DNA of 64,000 nucleotides from Dendrobates tinctorius (lineage: Eukaryota), in assembly GCF_039654945.1 (NCBI RefSeq), contig NW_027361982.1, forward strand, positions 930,001 to 994,000, read 5' to 3'. A program made the translations under genes and the position numbers. Position 1 is the stretch's first letter, and each line of letters starts with the position of its first letter. The notes under the pieces were generated by a model. That model had not been told where the DNA came from, did not search any database, and saw nothing but the letters and a program-made list of their open reading frames with translations. This document shows positions 11,821 to 22,300 of this stretch, piece after piece.

Positions 11821-12557
11821 TGTGGCACCCCTGAGGGAACACCTGACCGACCAGCCTCCAACACCTGCATCCCACACAAACACAGTAGTGAAGCAGAGTA
11901 ACCTTCATGGCCCCCTGCTTGGAACACAAGAGTGCTGGGAGGTGGGTGGAGCTGAGAGAATATTAGGACTAGGTCAGTCTGTGAGAGAAGATCCCCAGAG
12001 AGGGATGGAGTGAAGGAAGTGCTGCAGCAGACTCCTGTGACCTGGAGCTGCTGGCACGGGAAAGAGAAATAGAAAGCCTGATTCACCAGAAGGAAGAAAG
12101 ATTAGTGCGGAACGTAAGGAGAAGAAGAGAACTAAGGACTAGGGTCGGAGTGGAGCCCGTCCTCAAGTTCTAAGCGCATGGCCGGGGTCCGGTCCCCAAG
12201 GTTGTATGGATACTGATGGTCCTGCAGCAGACACCGGAGGAATAGAAGTTGTCACCACTTTATTCCCACCTAAGACTTGGGGGCACAACAGCAACGTGAG
12301 TGAGCCGGGACTTGATAGCTACAACATCATTGCTGCATCACACCACCTGTCCCAGAGAAGCAACCCTGCAGCGCTGATCAAACTGACCAGAAACCACAGG
12401 TGGCGTCACGAATCATCTCAACAACTTTATCCCCATCACTCTACCCCTTTTACATGGACGCCCAGGGCCACGGACCGGGTCACCGCTACTGTGACACTTC
12501 CCTCTGAGATACCGCCCTAGTACCGAGTACCCCACGGCCCTGGCGGGTGATCCATTT

Positions 12558-12575
12558 TGGCATCACAAACAGGAT
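12558..12575 (+). promoter_or_regulatory. Primer-binding site complementary to the tRNA-Ser(CGA) 3' end
   Basis: TGGCATCACAAACAGGAT lies 3 nt after the 5' LTR. It equals TGGCGTCACGAACAGGAT (complement of ...ATCCTGTTCGTGACG-CCA) with two CpG-type changes. Confidence 0.8.
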
Positions 12576-12617
12576 GACGAAGCCCCGTACCACCGGGTCC
12601 TGTGTGCTGAAGATTTA

Positions 12618-13901
12618 TTGGACTTAAAATTGCTGAAAATGTGCAAAACAACCAAAATGATAGACTGCAAAATGGACTCTCAAAATGGACGCCGGCGCGG
12701 TGAAGAAGGGCGTGACAACATGGGTAGCCCCAAGAAAAGAGCGGGAACTGTCCTGGGCTTCCCCTGTCTGAACTTCTATGCAACAGCAACATGGCCCACC
12801 CCCAGAGGGGTTCGTATACTGGCTTGGTATGGAGGCAGAGGAAGAAGACGCCGCCCCAGGAAGGAGGAGCAAAGCCCTATGGCGGGAAAGGAGCCCAGGA
12901 AGGAGAGAGAACGCCAGGATGCCATGATGGAAGGAGGACGGAGGCCAGGAGAGTGCAGTGGAGAAGAACACCTCTCCACCGGCGCAGTGGTCACAAGCAC
13001 TGGCCCGCTGGAAACCATGGACGTGGAGCAGCTGGAGGAAGGGATTGCCCAGCTGAATGACAGCCTGCAGCTGAGGCAGGACTTGCTGAAGCAGCAGAGG
13101 CAGCGTGCCCAGGAGGGGCCTGCTGAAGAGGTACCCGTCACCGCTGCACCAGCCTCATCGCCGGCAGCATCTACTACCCCCGCGGCACCCGTAACATCGC
13201 CGCCAGCGTTTGCTGCCGCCTCCACCCTGGCACCGCTGCCGGACGCCGCCGCCTGCCAGGAGGTGTTATCCTCGGGTCCAGGCACCGACATCGCTGTGGA
13301 GGCTGTGCTCCTGCCCGGACCTGATGCGGCTGTGTGGGTCCCGTCACTGGCACCTGCTGCTACCACCGACCTGACCTCTCCAACACCGGAGGATGCTCCA
13401 CCTGACCTGCTGCCGATGCCTGCGGATGACATGAGCGGCCATGAGGAAAAAGGTACTGCCGTTGCCCCTAAGTCCTGGGAAGCCCTGTCAGGCCCCATCA
13501 GGTCCCCGCCTGTCCCAACAGTCACCGCAGCCTCCATGTCCATAGCAGTAGTGACACCAGCTGCACCCCCACCACCACAGTGCACACCAGCCACACAGAC
13601 ACCGGGTGTGAAATCCATGATCCTGATGCTAGGCAAGGTGCCTATGGACAGAAATGGTCCTGTGCTTGCACAGCCATCAAGTGGCAGCACCCAAGTTTTA
13701 CCATGCAAGCGACCAAAGACCAGAACAGCTACCGCACCATCAACAGCTGCTGAGCTACCACCACAGGCAGCCATCCCTAAAGCCCAACAGGAGGACTATG
13801 GACAGTATATTAAGCCAGCAGGACACGGACACCCAGACAGCCTTCCCTGGAAGCAGCAAAAGAAGGTCGATTCCACCACCCCAGGAGGAGAAAAGCACTA
13901 A
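12618..13901 (+). CDS. Orphan ORF inside the LTR element (basic N-terminus, short coiled coil, Pro/Ala/Thr-rich tail); function unknown
   Basis: 427 open codons starting just after the PBS (track start is non-ATG, with in-frame ATGs shortly after). Contains GRGRRRRPRK and MDVEQLEEGIAQLNDSLQLRQDLLKQQ. Confidence 0.5.
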   Translation: MDLKLLKMCKTTKMIDCKMDSQNGRRRGEEGRDNMGSPKKRAGTVLGFPCLNFYATATWPTPRGVRILAWYGGRGRRRRPRKEEQSPMAGKEPRKERERQDAMMEGGRRPGECSGEEHLSTGAVVTSTGPLETMDVEQLEEGIAQLNDSLQLRQDLLKQQRQRAQEGPAEEVPVTAAPASSPAASTTPAAPVTSPPAFAAASTLAPLPDAAACQEVLSSGPGTDIAVEAVLLPGPDAAVWVPSLAPAATTDLTSPTPEDAPPDLLPMPADDMSGHEEKGTAVAPKSWEALSGPIRSPPVPTVTAASMSIAVVTPAAPPPPQCTPATQTPGVKSMILMLGKVPMDRNGPVLAQPSSGSTQVLPCKRPKTRTATAPSTAAELPPQAAIPKAQQEDYGQYIKPAGHGHPDSLPWKQQKKVDSTTPGGEKH

Positions 13902-14141
13902 AAATGACTGCAACTAACTGAACTGTTACCAAGGAGGGTATTGGCACCATTGTGCCCCATTGTTTATCTTGTTTCCAGTTTTTGCCTAGTTTTTGGCAAC
14001 AGTTTTCCCCTTTTATACAGAACTGCAGTGATCATGAACTTGAAATGATTCACAAACTTTCCTATAAATAGTTGCACCTCTTAAGGTGCTCTTTCTTGGT
14101 TTTACATGAACCTTCTTCAAATAAGGACTACCTCAGACCTG

Positions 14142-14891
14142 ATACAGGAAAGATATATAGACCCCCCTTTTTAGCTTCGAGGACCTCACCAAGTGTCTCT
14201 TAAGTATAAAATTATCAATAAATTGGCTGCTGTGGCCGTTTACACCCAAGAATGGTTGTGATCTTTATTAGGGGGGGTGGGTATATCAGGAATCGACCTT
14301 ACCAGAGTCAAGTATCAGCCGGACATGAACCGAAGTGGTAAGGAGAAGGCTGACATGACGATAGAAGGGAGGGACGAGACTGCTGCAGGGGGGGGAGGAT
14401 GAGACGACGAATGAGAGGATAGGGGGCTAAGAAAGGGAAATGACATAGGGAGGTGGGGTTAAATGAGGACAAAAGGACAGGGCAAGGAGAGATTAATCCT
14501 CTTTGTCCTCAGGCGACCTACAAGGAAGAGGAAGAAATGGATTTATGTCTTTTTACATCAATTAAGGAATTTGCTCCTAAGACCTTGTGGGGGCATCACA
14601 ACACATTAGGAGACCCCAATCAGAGGACAATAAAACATCCGGACTCCTTACCTATGAACTGGTCCAATATTTATGTTTCTCCCTCTCCCATAATCATAAT
14701 TCTGCTTCACGTCACTTGTCTCATCTATTGCATTTTTTCTGTGCATAAATATGTGACTCTTCAGATTTTGCATTAGTCTATGCCTGATGAAGAGACCTGA
14801 GTAGTCTCGAAAGCTTGCAATGTGTTACCATCTTTTCAGTTAGCCATTAAAAGGTATCAACCACTGAGGACTCTCAATTCTGAATATTTTT
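14142..14891 (+). mobile_element. Penelope-like (hammerhead-bearing) retroelement fragment inserted in the LTR element
   Basis: Flanked by a 14-bp direct repeat CTACCTCAGACCTG (14128-14141 and 14892-14905), with a hammerhead motif ~70 nt from the right end. Confidence 0.7.
14781..14819 (+). ncRNA. Minimal type I hammerhead ribozyme motif
   Basis: TGC-CTGATGA-A-GAGAC-ctgagta-GTCTC-GAAA-GCTT-GCA. It has core boxes CUGAUGA and GAAA, a 5-bp stem II, a palindromic AGCU stem III and a short TGC/GCA stem I. Confidence 0.8.
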
Positions 14892-16789
14892 CTACCTCAG
14901 ACCTGGAGTTCTGCTCCAATTCCAAGTACACTGCAAGACATCCTGGCTGGACCAGTGTCTATATCACCCAAGAATGATTGCCCTTAATGTCTTAATAATT
15001 AATGCTTAGTATTTTATAGTGAAAGCATTTCTTCTACAAGAATAGGTTGTAGTGGTAGCCTCTAACAAAAATGTTGATAGCAGTATAGTTATGGCATTAG
15101 AACAGATTTTCTATAGGATTTAGTCGGTAGTAATGTTTTAATAAAAAAAATATGTGAAACTCTGAATAAAAATTTTGAATTCCGGTGACGAACCAGAAGT
15201 TAGCGGTTGTCACCTATGGGTCTAGAAGAAACAGCAGAATGTGAAAATGTGAATGACAAAAGAAAAAGGTGTTGAAGTGAAAATGGTAATACTTGAACTG
15301 GTAGTGAACTCCTTAGCAACGGTTACTGCCAATAGCACTTTAAATTAGGTAAAATGTTAAATTATAGGTAGTCTGTTAACTTGTTCTGCAACGTTTAAGA
15401 ATCAGTGCCTCCCATATTGGGAAGTTTAGTTTAAAAATTGTTTACTTGTTAAAATGCATTTTAAAAATTTTGTATGTTCCTTATGTAACATCTTGCTACT
15501 CATTTGTTTACAGCCTTCGGACGTGCTGCGGTTAACGAAGGGGGTATGTGGCGCCCCTGAGGGTTCAGTTGCCACAGAGTTACTGCACCTCCTCCTGAGG
15601 TGTAGTATCCCACTCTCCAGGTAAGATGGGAACACCTGACTAGCCTCCAACACCTGCATCCCACACAAACACAGTAGTGTAGCAGAGCAACCTTCATGGC
15701 CCCCTGCTTGGAACACAAAGAGTGCTGGGAGGTGGGTGGAGCTGAGACTGCATATGAGAGCGGGAGAATATTAGGACTAGGTCAGTCTGTGAGAGAAGAT
15801 CCCCAGAGAGGGATGGAGTGAAGGAAGTGCTACAGCAGACTCCTGTGACCTGGAGCTGCTGGCACGGGAAAGAGAAATAGAAAGCCTGATTCTCCAGAAG
15901 GAAGAAAGATTAGTGCTGAACGTAAGGAGAAGAAGAGAACTAAGGACTAGGGTCGGAGTGGAGCCCTTCCTGGAGTTCTAAGTGCATGGCCGGGGTCCGG
16001 TCCCCGAGGTTGTATGGATACTGATGGTCCTGTAGCAGACACCGGAGGAATAGAAGTTGTCACCACTTTATTCCCACCGAAGACTTGGGGGCACAACAGC
16101 AACGTGAGTGAGCCGGAACTTGATAGCAAGGAGTCCCCAAAGCAGGCTACAGCTGTCTGCCGTACAAGTAGAGTTCGAAGAAACATCTGAAAGGAGGAAC
16201 TTGGGTTTAGCACACAACTACAAGTACTTCAGTTTAAGCGCTAGTGAGGAGACGTTCAGAACAGGCACACGAAAGGGAGAGCTGGAAAGGCTAATTCCAT
16301 CTGCCTGGGAGTTGGCTGAGCCCCTGATCTGGAGACCGCGGCATGGAAGCGGGCACCTGTCTGTGCCAAGAACGTGAGTAAAAGAACTGGAACTGCATTC
16401 ATCTGTCTCATTGCCTTCTTCCTGCGCCAACCCACTCAGCACTGCTACATCTTTGTGCCTAACACTGCACCATCTGCTTCTCCTCACTATCTCCTCCTTT
16501 GCCAACCTCCTCTACTCTGCCCTGGGACTACAGCCCTACCTGTGGAGGGCTACAACATCATTGCTGCACCACACCATCTGTCCCAGAGAAGCAACCCTGC
16601 AGCGCTGGTCAAACTGACCAGAAACCACAGGTGGCGTCACAAATCATCTCAACAACTTTATCCCCATCACTCTACCCCTTTTACATGGACGCCCAGGGCC
16701 ACAGACCGGGTCACCGCTAATGTGACACTTCCCTCTGAGATACCGGCCCGGTACCGAGTACCCCATGGCCCTGGCAGGCGATCCACATA

Positions 16790-18383
16790 TCAAAACTCAA
16801 GCCAATCGCGGCAAGGGTCATACAAACTACCTGTTATCTACAATTATGGAAGAAATGATCAATGTAATGGGTGAACAAGTCCTCAGAGAAATTATTTCTC
16901 GAGTTAACAAATCAAAATTCTATTCCATCTCTTTGGACTCCACACCCGATGCAGCTCACGTTGACCAACTAACCCTTGTATTGAGGTATATGGAGAAAGA
17001 TGGTCCTGTGGGACTCTTGTAACATTCATGGCAAACAAAGGCCATGGTGCTCAAGACATGTTCAATGCCTTGTTGGAATTTTTGAAGAGACATGACCTAG
17101 ACCTGGGAAATTGCCGCGGTCAAAGTTATGACAATGCATCTGCAATGAGTGGCAAATACAACGGCCTGCAAGCCAAAGTGAGAGAGAAGAACAATCTTGC
17201 ATCCTGGATTCCTTGTACGGCACACTCTTTAAATCTGGTTGCTAAAAATGCTGTAGAAAGCTGCTCGAGTGCTGTACATTTTTTTAACTTCCTTGAAAAG
17301 CTGTTCCTCTTCTTCACAGTTTCTACGCATCGGCATCATCTCCTGACTGAGGCTTTGAAAAATATTGACTCAGCAACAGCATTGACTCTCAAACGTGTCA
17401 CAACAACGCGTTGGTCCTGCAGAGCTGACGCTACTAAGGCTCTTAAGCATGACTATCAGTAGATTAACTGTTTAAAGATGTACTTTAACAGATTGCTGAT
17501 GACTTTGAAGAAAAAAGCTGTGTAAGGTGTGAAGCAGAAAGACTGTTAAGACAACTGAATCAGCTTGAAATTGGCATTAACACCACCTTCTGGAATGATA
17601 TCCTGCAAAGAACAGATGCTACTAGTAAAAATCTACAACACACAAAACTCAATCTAAACACTGCTATGGCGTCACTGACCAACTTAAAAAATTATCATGC
17701 ATCAATGCGTGACGCCTTCAAAATATATAAGAAGCAAGAGCTGTCTGGTTCATCGGACTATGTTCAGACGATAACTCAACACAGGCACCGAAACGTGTGT
17801 CTCAATTCATTGGATTATGGCCATACGGAATAAGTACAACTCAGCCCTTCTGATAAATACAGAACAGAAAACTTTCTTGCCTATCATTGATCAGTTTATC
17901 GCTTCTCTTGACCAACGTCTTCAAGCATATTGAGATCTATCAAGCAAATTTAGCTTTTTTAGCCATCTGAAAGAATTATCTTCAGACAAGCCTATTGGCC
18001 ACAGCAGAGCAACTCGTCAGGTCTTATTCAGATGACTTGGACATTAGATTTATCGATGAACTGTGTCAGTTTGTAACATTTGCCAATTTATTCACAGGCG
18101 AGGAGCCAAAAGATATCAGCACTGAAAGGGTGTGCAGGACACTTTCCCAAATATTGAGATAGCTCTAAGGATATATCTAAATTTGATGGTAACAAACTGC
18201 AGTGGTGATCGTTCCTTCTCAAAACTCAAATTAGTTGAAAACCGATTAAGGACATCCATGAAGCAGGAACGACTTGTAAATTTGGCTATCATGAGCATCG
18301 AGTCAGATATACTGCGTGAATTGGATTTTAGTGACATCATTAGTGATTTTGCAGCACGAAAATCAAAGAAAGTGCCTGCATAG
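16790..18383 (+). pseudogene. hAT transposase catalytic core and C-terminal dimerisation domain, with multiple stops and frameshifts
   Basis: SISLDSTPD, GQSYDNASAMSG, CTAHSLNL, TTRWS and FPNIEIALRIYL...SGDRSFSKLK...RLVNLAIMSIE. Confidence 0.88.
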
Positions 18384-18715
18384 TAAAAAATGAATGATTT
18401 TACCTGTATTACTCTGCGTAAATGATTTTTGTAAATAAACTTGCGCTCGTATCAATTTGTGTTTTTGCATTACATACTGCAACACCTAGAAAAATGGGCC
18501 TCCCTCCAAAATGGGCCCCGAGCCACCCACCTCTTAAATCCGGCCGTTTAGCGTCCTGAACTCAGCGCATGTAACTACAACCGAAATGCTGCTGTGTGAT
18601 GTGCGATATGTTAGCATTTGGGGCCCCATTTTAACTTTGCCTAGGGCCCCACTTTGCCTAAAACCGGCCCTGCATATCACACAATGTACAGGTGACATAT
18701 TGCACACTATACGGG

Positions 18716-19051
18716 CAGGTACAGATTGGGGCGGAAATTCAGCCCTGGCATTTGAAATCACACAGGCCCATGCTGTCCCCTCCACCCTGAGCACCAGATG
18801 GAATATATTACTAATATTACCCTGGATGAAGGAAAGGAATATTTACTACCAGACCAATCTTTCTAATGATACCTGTGACCTGCTGGGGTAAGTGATGGAG
18901 TCATCTCAACTTTGCGCTCCATCACAACTCTTAACAGTATGGGTGTCTTGAGAACACAGATTCTGTTAACAACATAGCAGAAATGGCGGCCCACGACCAG
19001 ACAGGCCCTTCTGGCATTTGCCAGAATTGCTAGATGGCCAGTCCGGCCCTG
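18716..19051. mobile_element. Small hAT-type MITE
   Basis: Right end CCAGTCCGGCCCTG, degenerate left end CAGGTACAGATTGG, and degenerate 8-bp TSD TATACGGG/TATATGAG. Confidence 0.5.
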
Positions 19052-19260
19052 TATATGAGTGACATATTGCACAAATGTACAACATATCGCACAATATACA
19101 GTTGATATATCACAACTTACAGGTGACATTTCGCACAATCTACAGGTGACATTGCAGAATGTATGAGATGACACAGAACAAGACTCAGCGATTTTCCGCC
19201 TTTATCTAGCACTGCTCCCCCTGCTGGCCGCTCTGCATCTTCGCACTGACAGCCACACTC

Positions 19261-19276
19261 TGACGTCACTTCCTGG
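19261..19276 (+). promoter_or_regulatory. ap2s1 proximal promoter: overlapping CRE and ETS sites
   Basis: TGACGTCACTTCCTGG about 100 bp upstream of the ap2s1 ATG. Confidence 0.65.
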
Positions 19277-19364
19277 TATAATCTTAAAGCAGTATGGGAA
19301 TTGTAGTTTCTATTGGAAATCCGGAGCGGGTGACAGGAAAGGAAGAAAAGGGAGAGGCAGCGAC

Positions 19365-22300
19365 ATGGTAAGGAGCGGGCACTGGTATCATTCATTGTAA
19401 GGTTACTGTCTGATCACCCGGTACTGCGCATCGCCTGTAGTGTCCGCAGCGTGTCATAGTCGGCATCTCTCTGTGTAGGAGGACATCGCCTACAGCGGCT
19501 CCGTATATACAGACTATATACACAGCCAAACACTGCAAGCATCCCGGGTATCACACACATAGTGTCCGCATCCCCCTGTATAACGTGTACAACCCCCGCT
19601 ACCTCTGTATGTGGTGTACAGCCCCCCCCCCCCCGCTACCTCTGTATGTGGTGTACAGCCCCCCCCCCCGCTACCTCTGTATGTGGTGTACAGCCCCCCC
19701 GCTACCTCTGTATGTGGTGTACAGCCCCCCCCCCCGCTACCTCTGTATGTGGTGCACAGCCCCCCCCCCCGCTACCTCTGTATGTGGTGTACAGCCCCCC
19801 CCCCCGCTACCTCTGTATGTGGTGCACAGCCCCCCCCCCCGCTACCTCTGTATGTGGTGTACAGCCCCCCCGCTACCTCTGTATGTGGTGTACAGCCCCC
19901 CCCGCTACCTCTGTATGTGGTGTACAGCCCCCCCCGCTACCTCTGTATGTGGTGTACAGCCCCCCCCGCTACCTCTGTATGTGGTGTACAGCCCCCCCGC
20001 TACCTCTGTATGTGGTGTACAGCCCCCCCCCGCTACCTCTGTATGTGGTGTACAGCCCCCCCCCCGCTACCTCTGTATGTGGTGTACAGCCCCCCCCCCG
20101 CTACCTCTGTATGTGGTGTACAGCCCCCCCCCGCTACCTCTGTATGTGGTGTACAGCCCCCCCCCGCTACCTCTGTATGTGGTGTACAGCCCCCCCCCGC
20201 TACCTCTGTATGTGGTGTACAGCCCCCCCCGCTACCTCTGTATGTGGTGTACAGCCCCCCCCCGCTACCTCTGTATGTGGTGTACAGCCCCCCCGCTACC
20301 TCTGTATGTGGTGTACAGCCCCCCCCCGCTACCTCTGTATGTGGTGTACAGCCCCCCCCCGCTACCTCTGTATGTGGTGTACAGCCCCCCCCGCTACCTC
20401 TGTATGTGGTGTACAGCCCCCCCCCGCTACCTCTGTATGTGGTGTACAGCCCCCCCCGCTACCTCTGTATGTGGTGTACAGGCCCGCCCGCCCGCTACCT
20501 CTGTATGTGGTGTACAGCCCCTTCCCGCTACCTCTATATGTGGTGCACAGCCCCCCTCCCCGCTACCTCTGTATGTGGTGTACAGCCCCTCCCCGCTACC
20601 TCTGTATGTGGTGTACAGCCCCCCCCCGCTACCTCTGTATGTGGTGTACAGCCCCCCCCCCGCTACCTCTGTATGTGGTGTACAGCCCCCCCCCCGCTAC
20701 CTCTGTATGTGGTGTACAGCCCCCCCCCCGCTACCTCTGTATGTGGTGTACAGCCCCCCCCCCGCTACCTCTGTATGTGGTGTACAGCCCCCCCCCGCTA
20801 CCTCTGTATGTGGTGCACAGCCCCTCCCCGCTACCTCTGTATGTGGTGTACAGCCCCCCCCGCTACCTCTGTATGTGGTGTACAGCCCCCCCCGCTACCT
20901 CTGTATGTGGTGTACAGCCCCCCCCGCTACCTCTGTATGTGGTGTACAGCCCCCCCCCGCTACCTCTGTATGTGGTGTACAGCCCCCCCGCTACCTCTGT
21001 ATGTGGTGTACAGCCCCCCCGCTACCTCTGTATGTGGTGTACAGCCCCCCCCCGCTACCTCTGTATGTGGTGTACAGCCCCCCCCGCTACCTCTGTATGT
21101 GGTGTACAGCCCCCCCCCCGCTACCTCTGTATGTGGTGTACAGCCCCCCCCCCGCTACCTCTGTATGTGGTGTACAGCCCCCCCCCCGCTACCTCTGTAT
21201 GTGGTGTACAGCCCCCCCCCGCTACCTCTGTATGTGGTGTACAGCCCCCCCGCTACCTCTGTATGTGGTGTACAGCCCCCCCCCGCTACCTCTGTATGTG
21301 GTGTACAGCCCCCCCCCGCTACCTCTGTATGTGGTGTACAGGCCCGCCCGCCCGCTACCTCTGTATGTGGTGTACAGCCCCTTCCCGCTACCTCTATATG
21401 TGGTGCACAGCCCCCCTCCCCGCTACCTCTGTATGTGGTGTACAGCCCCTCCCCGCTACCTCTGTATGTGGTGTACAGCCCCCCCCGCTACCTCTGTATG
21501 TGGTGTACAGCCCCCCCCGCTACCTCTGTATGTGGTGTACAGCCCCCCCCCGCTACCTCTGTATGTGGTGTACAGCCCCCCCCCCGCTACCTCTGTATGT
21601 GGTGTACAGCCCCCCCCCCGCTACCTCTGTATGTGGTGTACAGCCCCCCCCCCCGCTACCTCTGTATGTGGTGTACAGCCCCCCCCCCGCTACCTCTGTA
21701 TGTGGTGTACAGCCCCCCCCGCTACCTCTGTATGTGGTGTACAGCCCCCCCCCGCTACCTCTGTATGTGGTGTACAGCCCCTCCCCGCTACCTCTGTATG
21801 TGGTGTACAGCCCCTCGGTTACCTCTGTATATGGTGTACATTAGGGTGACCGCAAAAAATCGATGTCGGAATTTTGTCCGTCTGGATCCCACAAAACGAT
21901 TCCGCTTTCCAGATATTGAGAGAGCCAAAATTTGAGCTCGATCAAACGACGTTAACCCGTGCCGCTCGTCGCTCAAAGTTTGAAAAAATCCAAATTGAGG
22001 TATTTTAAGATTTAGGTATTTTGCATAGTCTGTTAGACTATAAAGAATGTGACAACAACATTGCAGAAATAGCCCTGACCAAATTTTCGAACCATTTGTG
22101 GTATTTGAATGCAGAGTTGGTGGGATTATCGTTTTTTGATCCCACCATTACAGACAATGAAAAGTTGTTAATGGCTAATAAATTGCTCAGTAGCACAGAT
22201 GAACCATCAGAGCACGCTAGGGTTGTAAATCCAAAAGTTAGGAAAGAAAAATTAAAAGAGGTAGGAAGTAACCGACTTTAACGACCTTCTGACAAAAGAT

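Larger units (their letters stand above)
11821..16785 (+). mobile_element. Non-autonomous LTR retroelement (Gypsy-type signals) with 4-bp TSD CATA
   Basis: 5' LTR 11821-12554 and 3' LTR 15547-16785, both TG...CA. TSD CATA at 11817-20 and 16786-89 restores the host reading AQHIKTQ. PBS at 12558 and purine tract before 15547. No RT, RNase H or integrase motifs seen. Confidence 0.9.
8469..18546 (+). mobile_element. Decayed hAT DNA transposon (ZMYM1-like/Tip100-type transposase) with nested Tc1 and LTR insertions
   Basis: Left end CAGACCCGGATTTAGG and right end TAAATCCGGCCG, with GGGCCC-rich subterminal motifs at both ends. Transposase pieces span 10849-18383. No clean 8-bp TSD was found. Confidence 0.75.

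Noticed and set aside
12776-13774. 332-aa antisense ORF within the LTR element
   Set aside because: It is most likely a shadow of a GC-rich low-complexity sense ORF, with no recognisable domain.
10849-18383. Domesticated ZMYM-like host gene
   Set aside because: It has many stops and frameshifts, an LTR insertion and TIR-like ends, so it is a dead transposon.
18620-18672. Alternative right end (AAAACCGGCCCTG) for the large hAT
   Set aside because: The flank CATATCAC does not match the left flank GATCCGTA. It is probably the end of a separate small hAT element.
19562-21935. Three 750+ aa ORFs
   Set aside because: They are translations of a stop-free minisatellite in all three frames, inside an intron.
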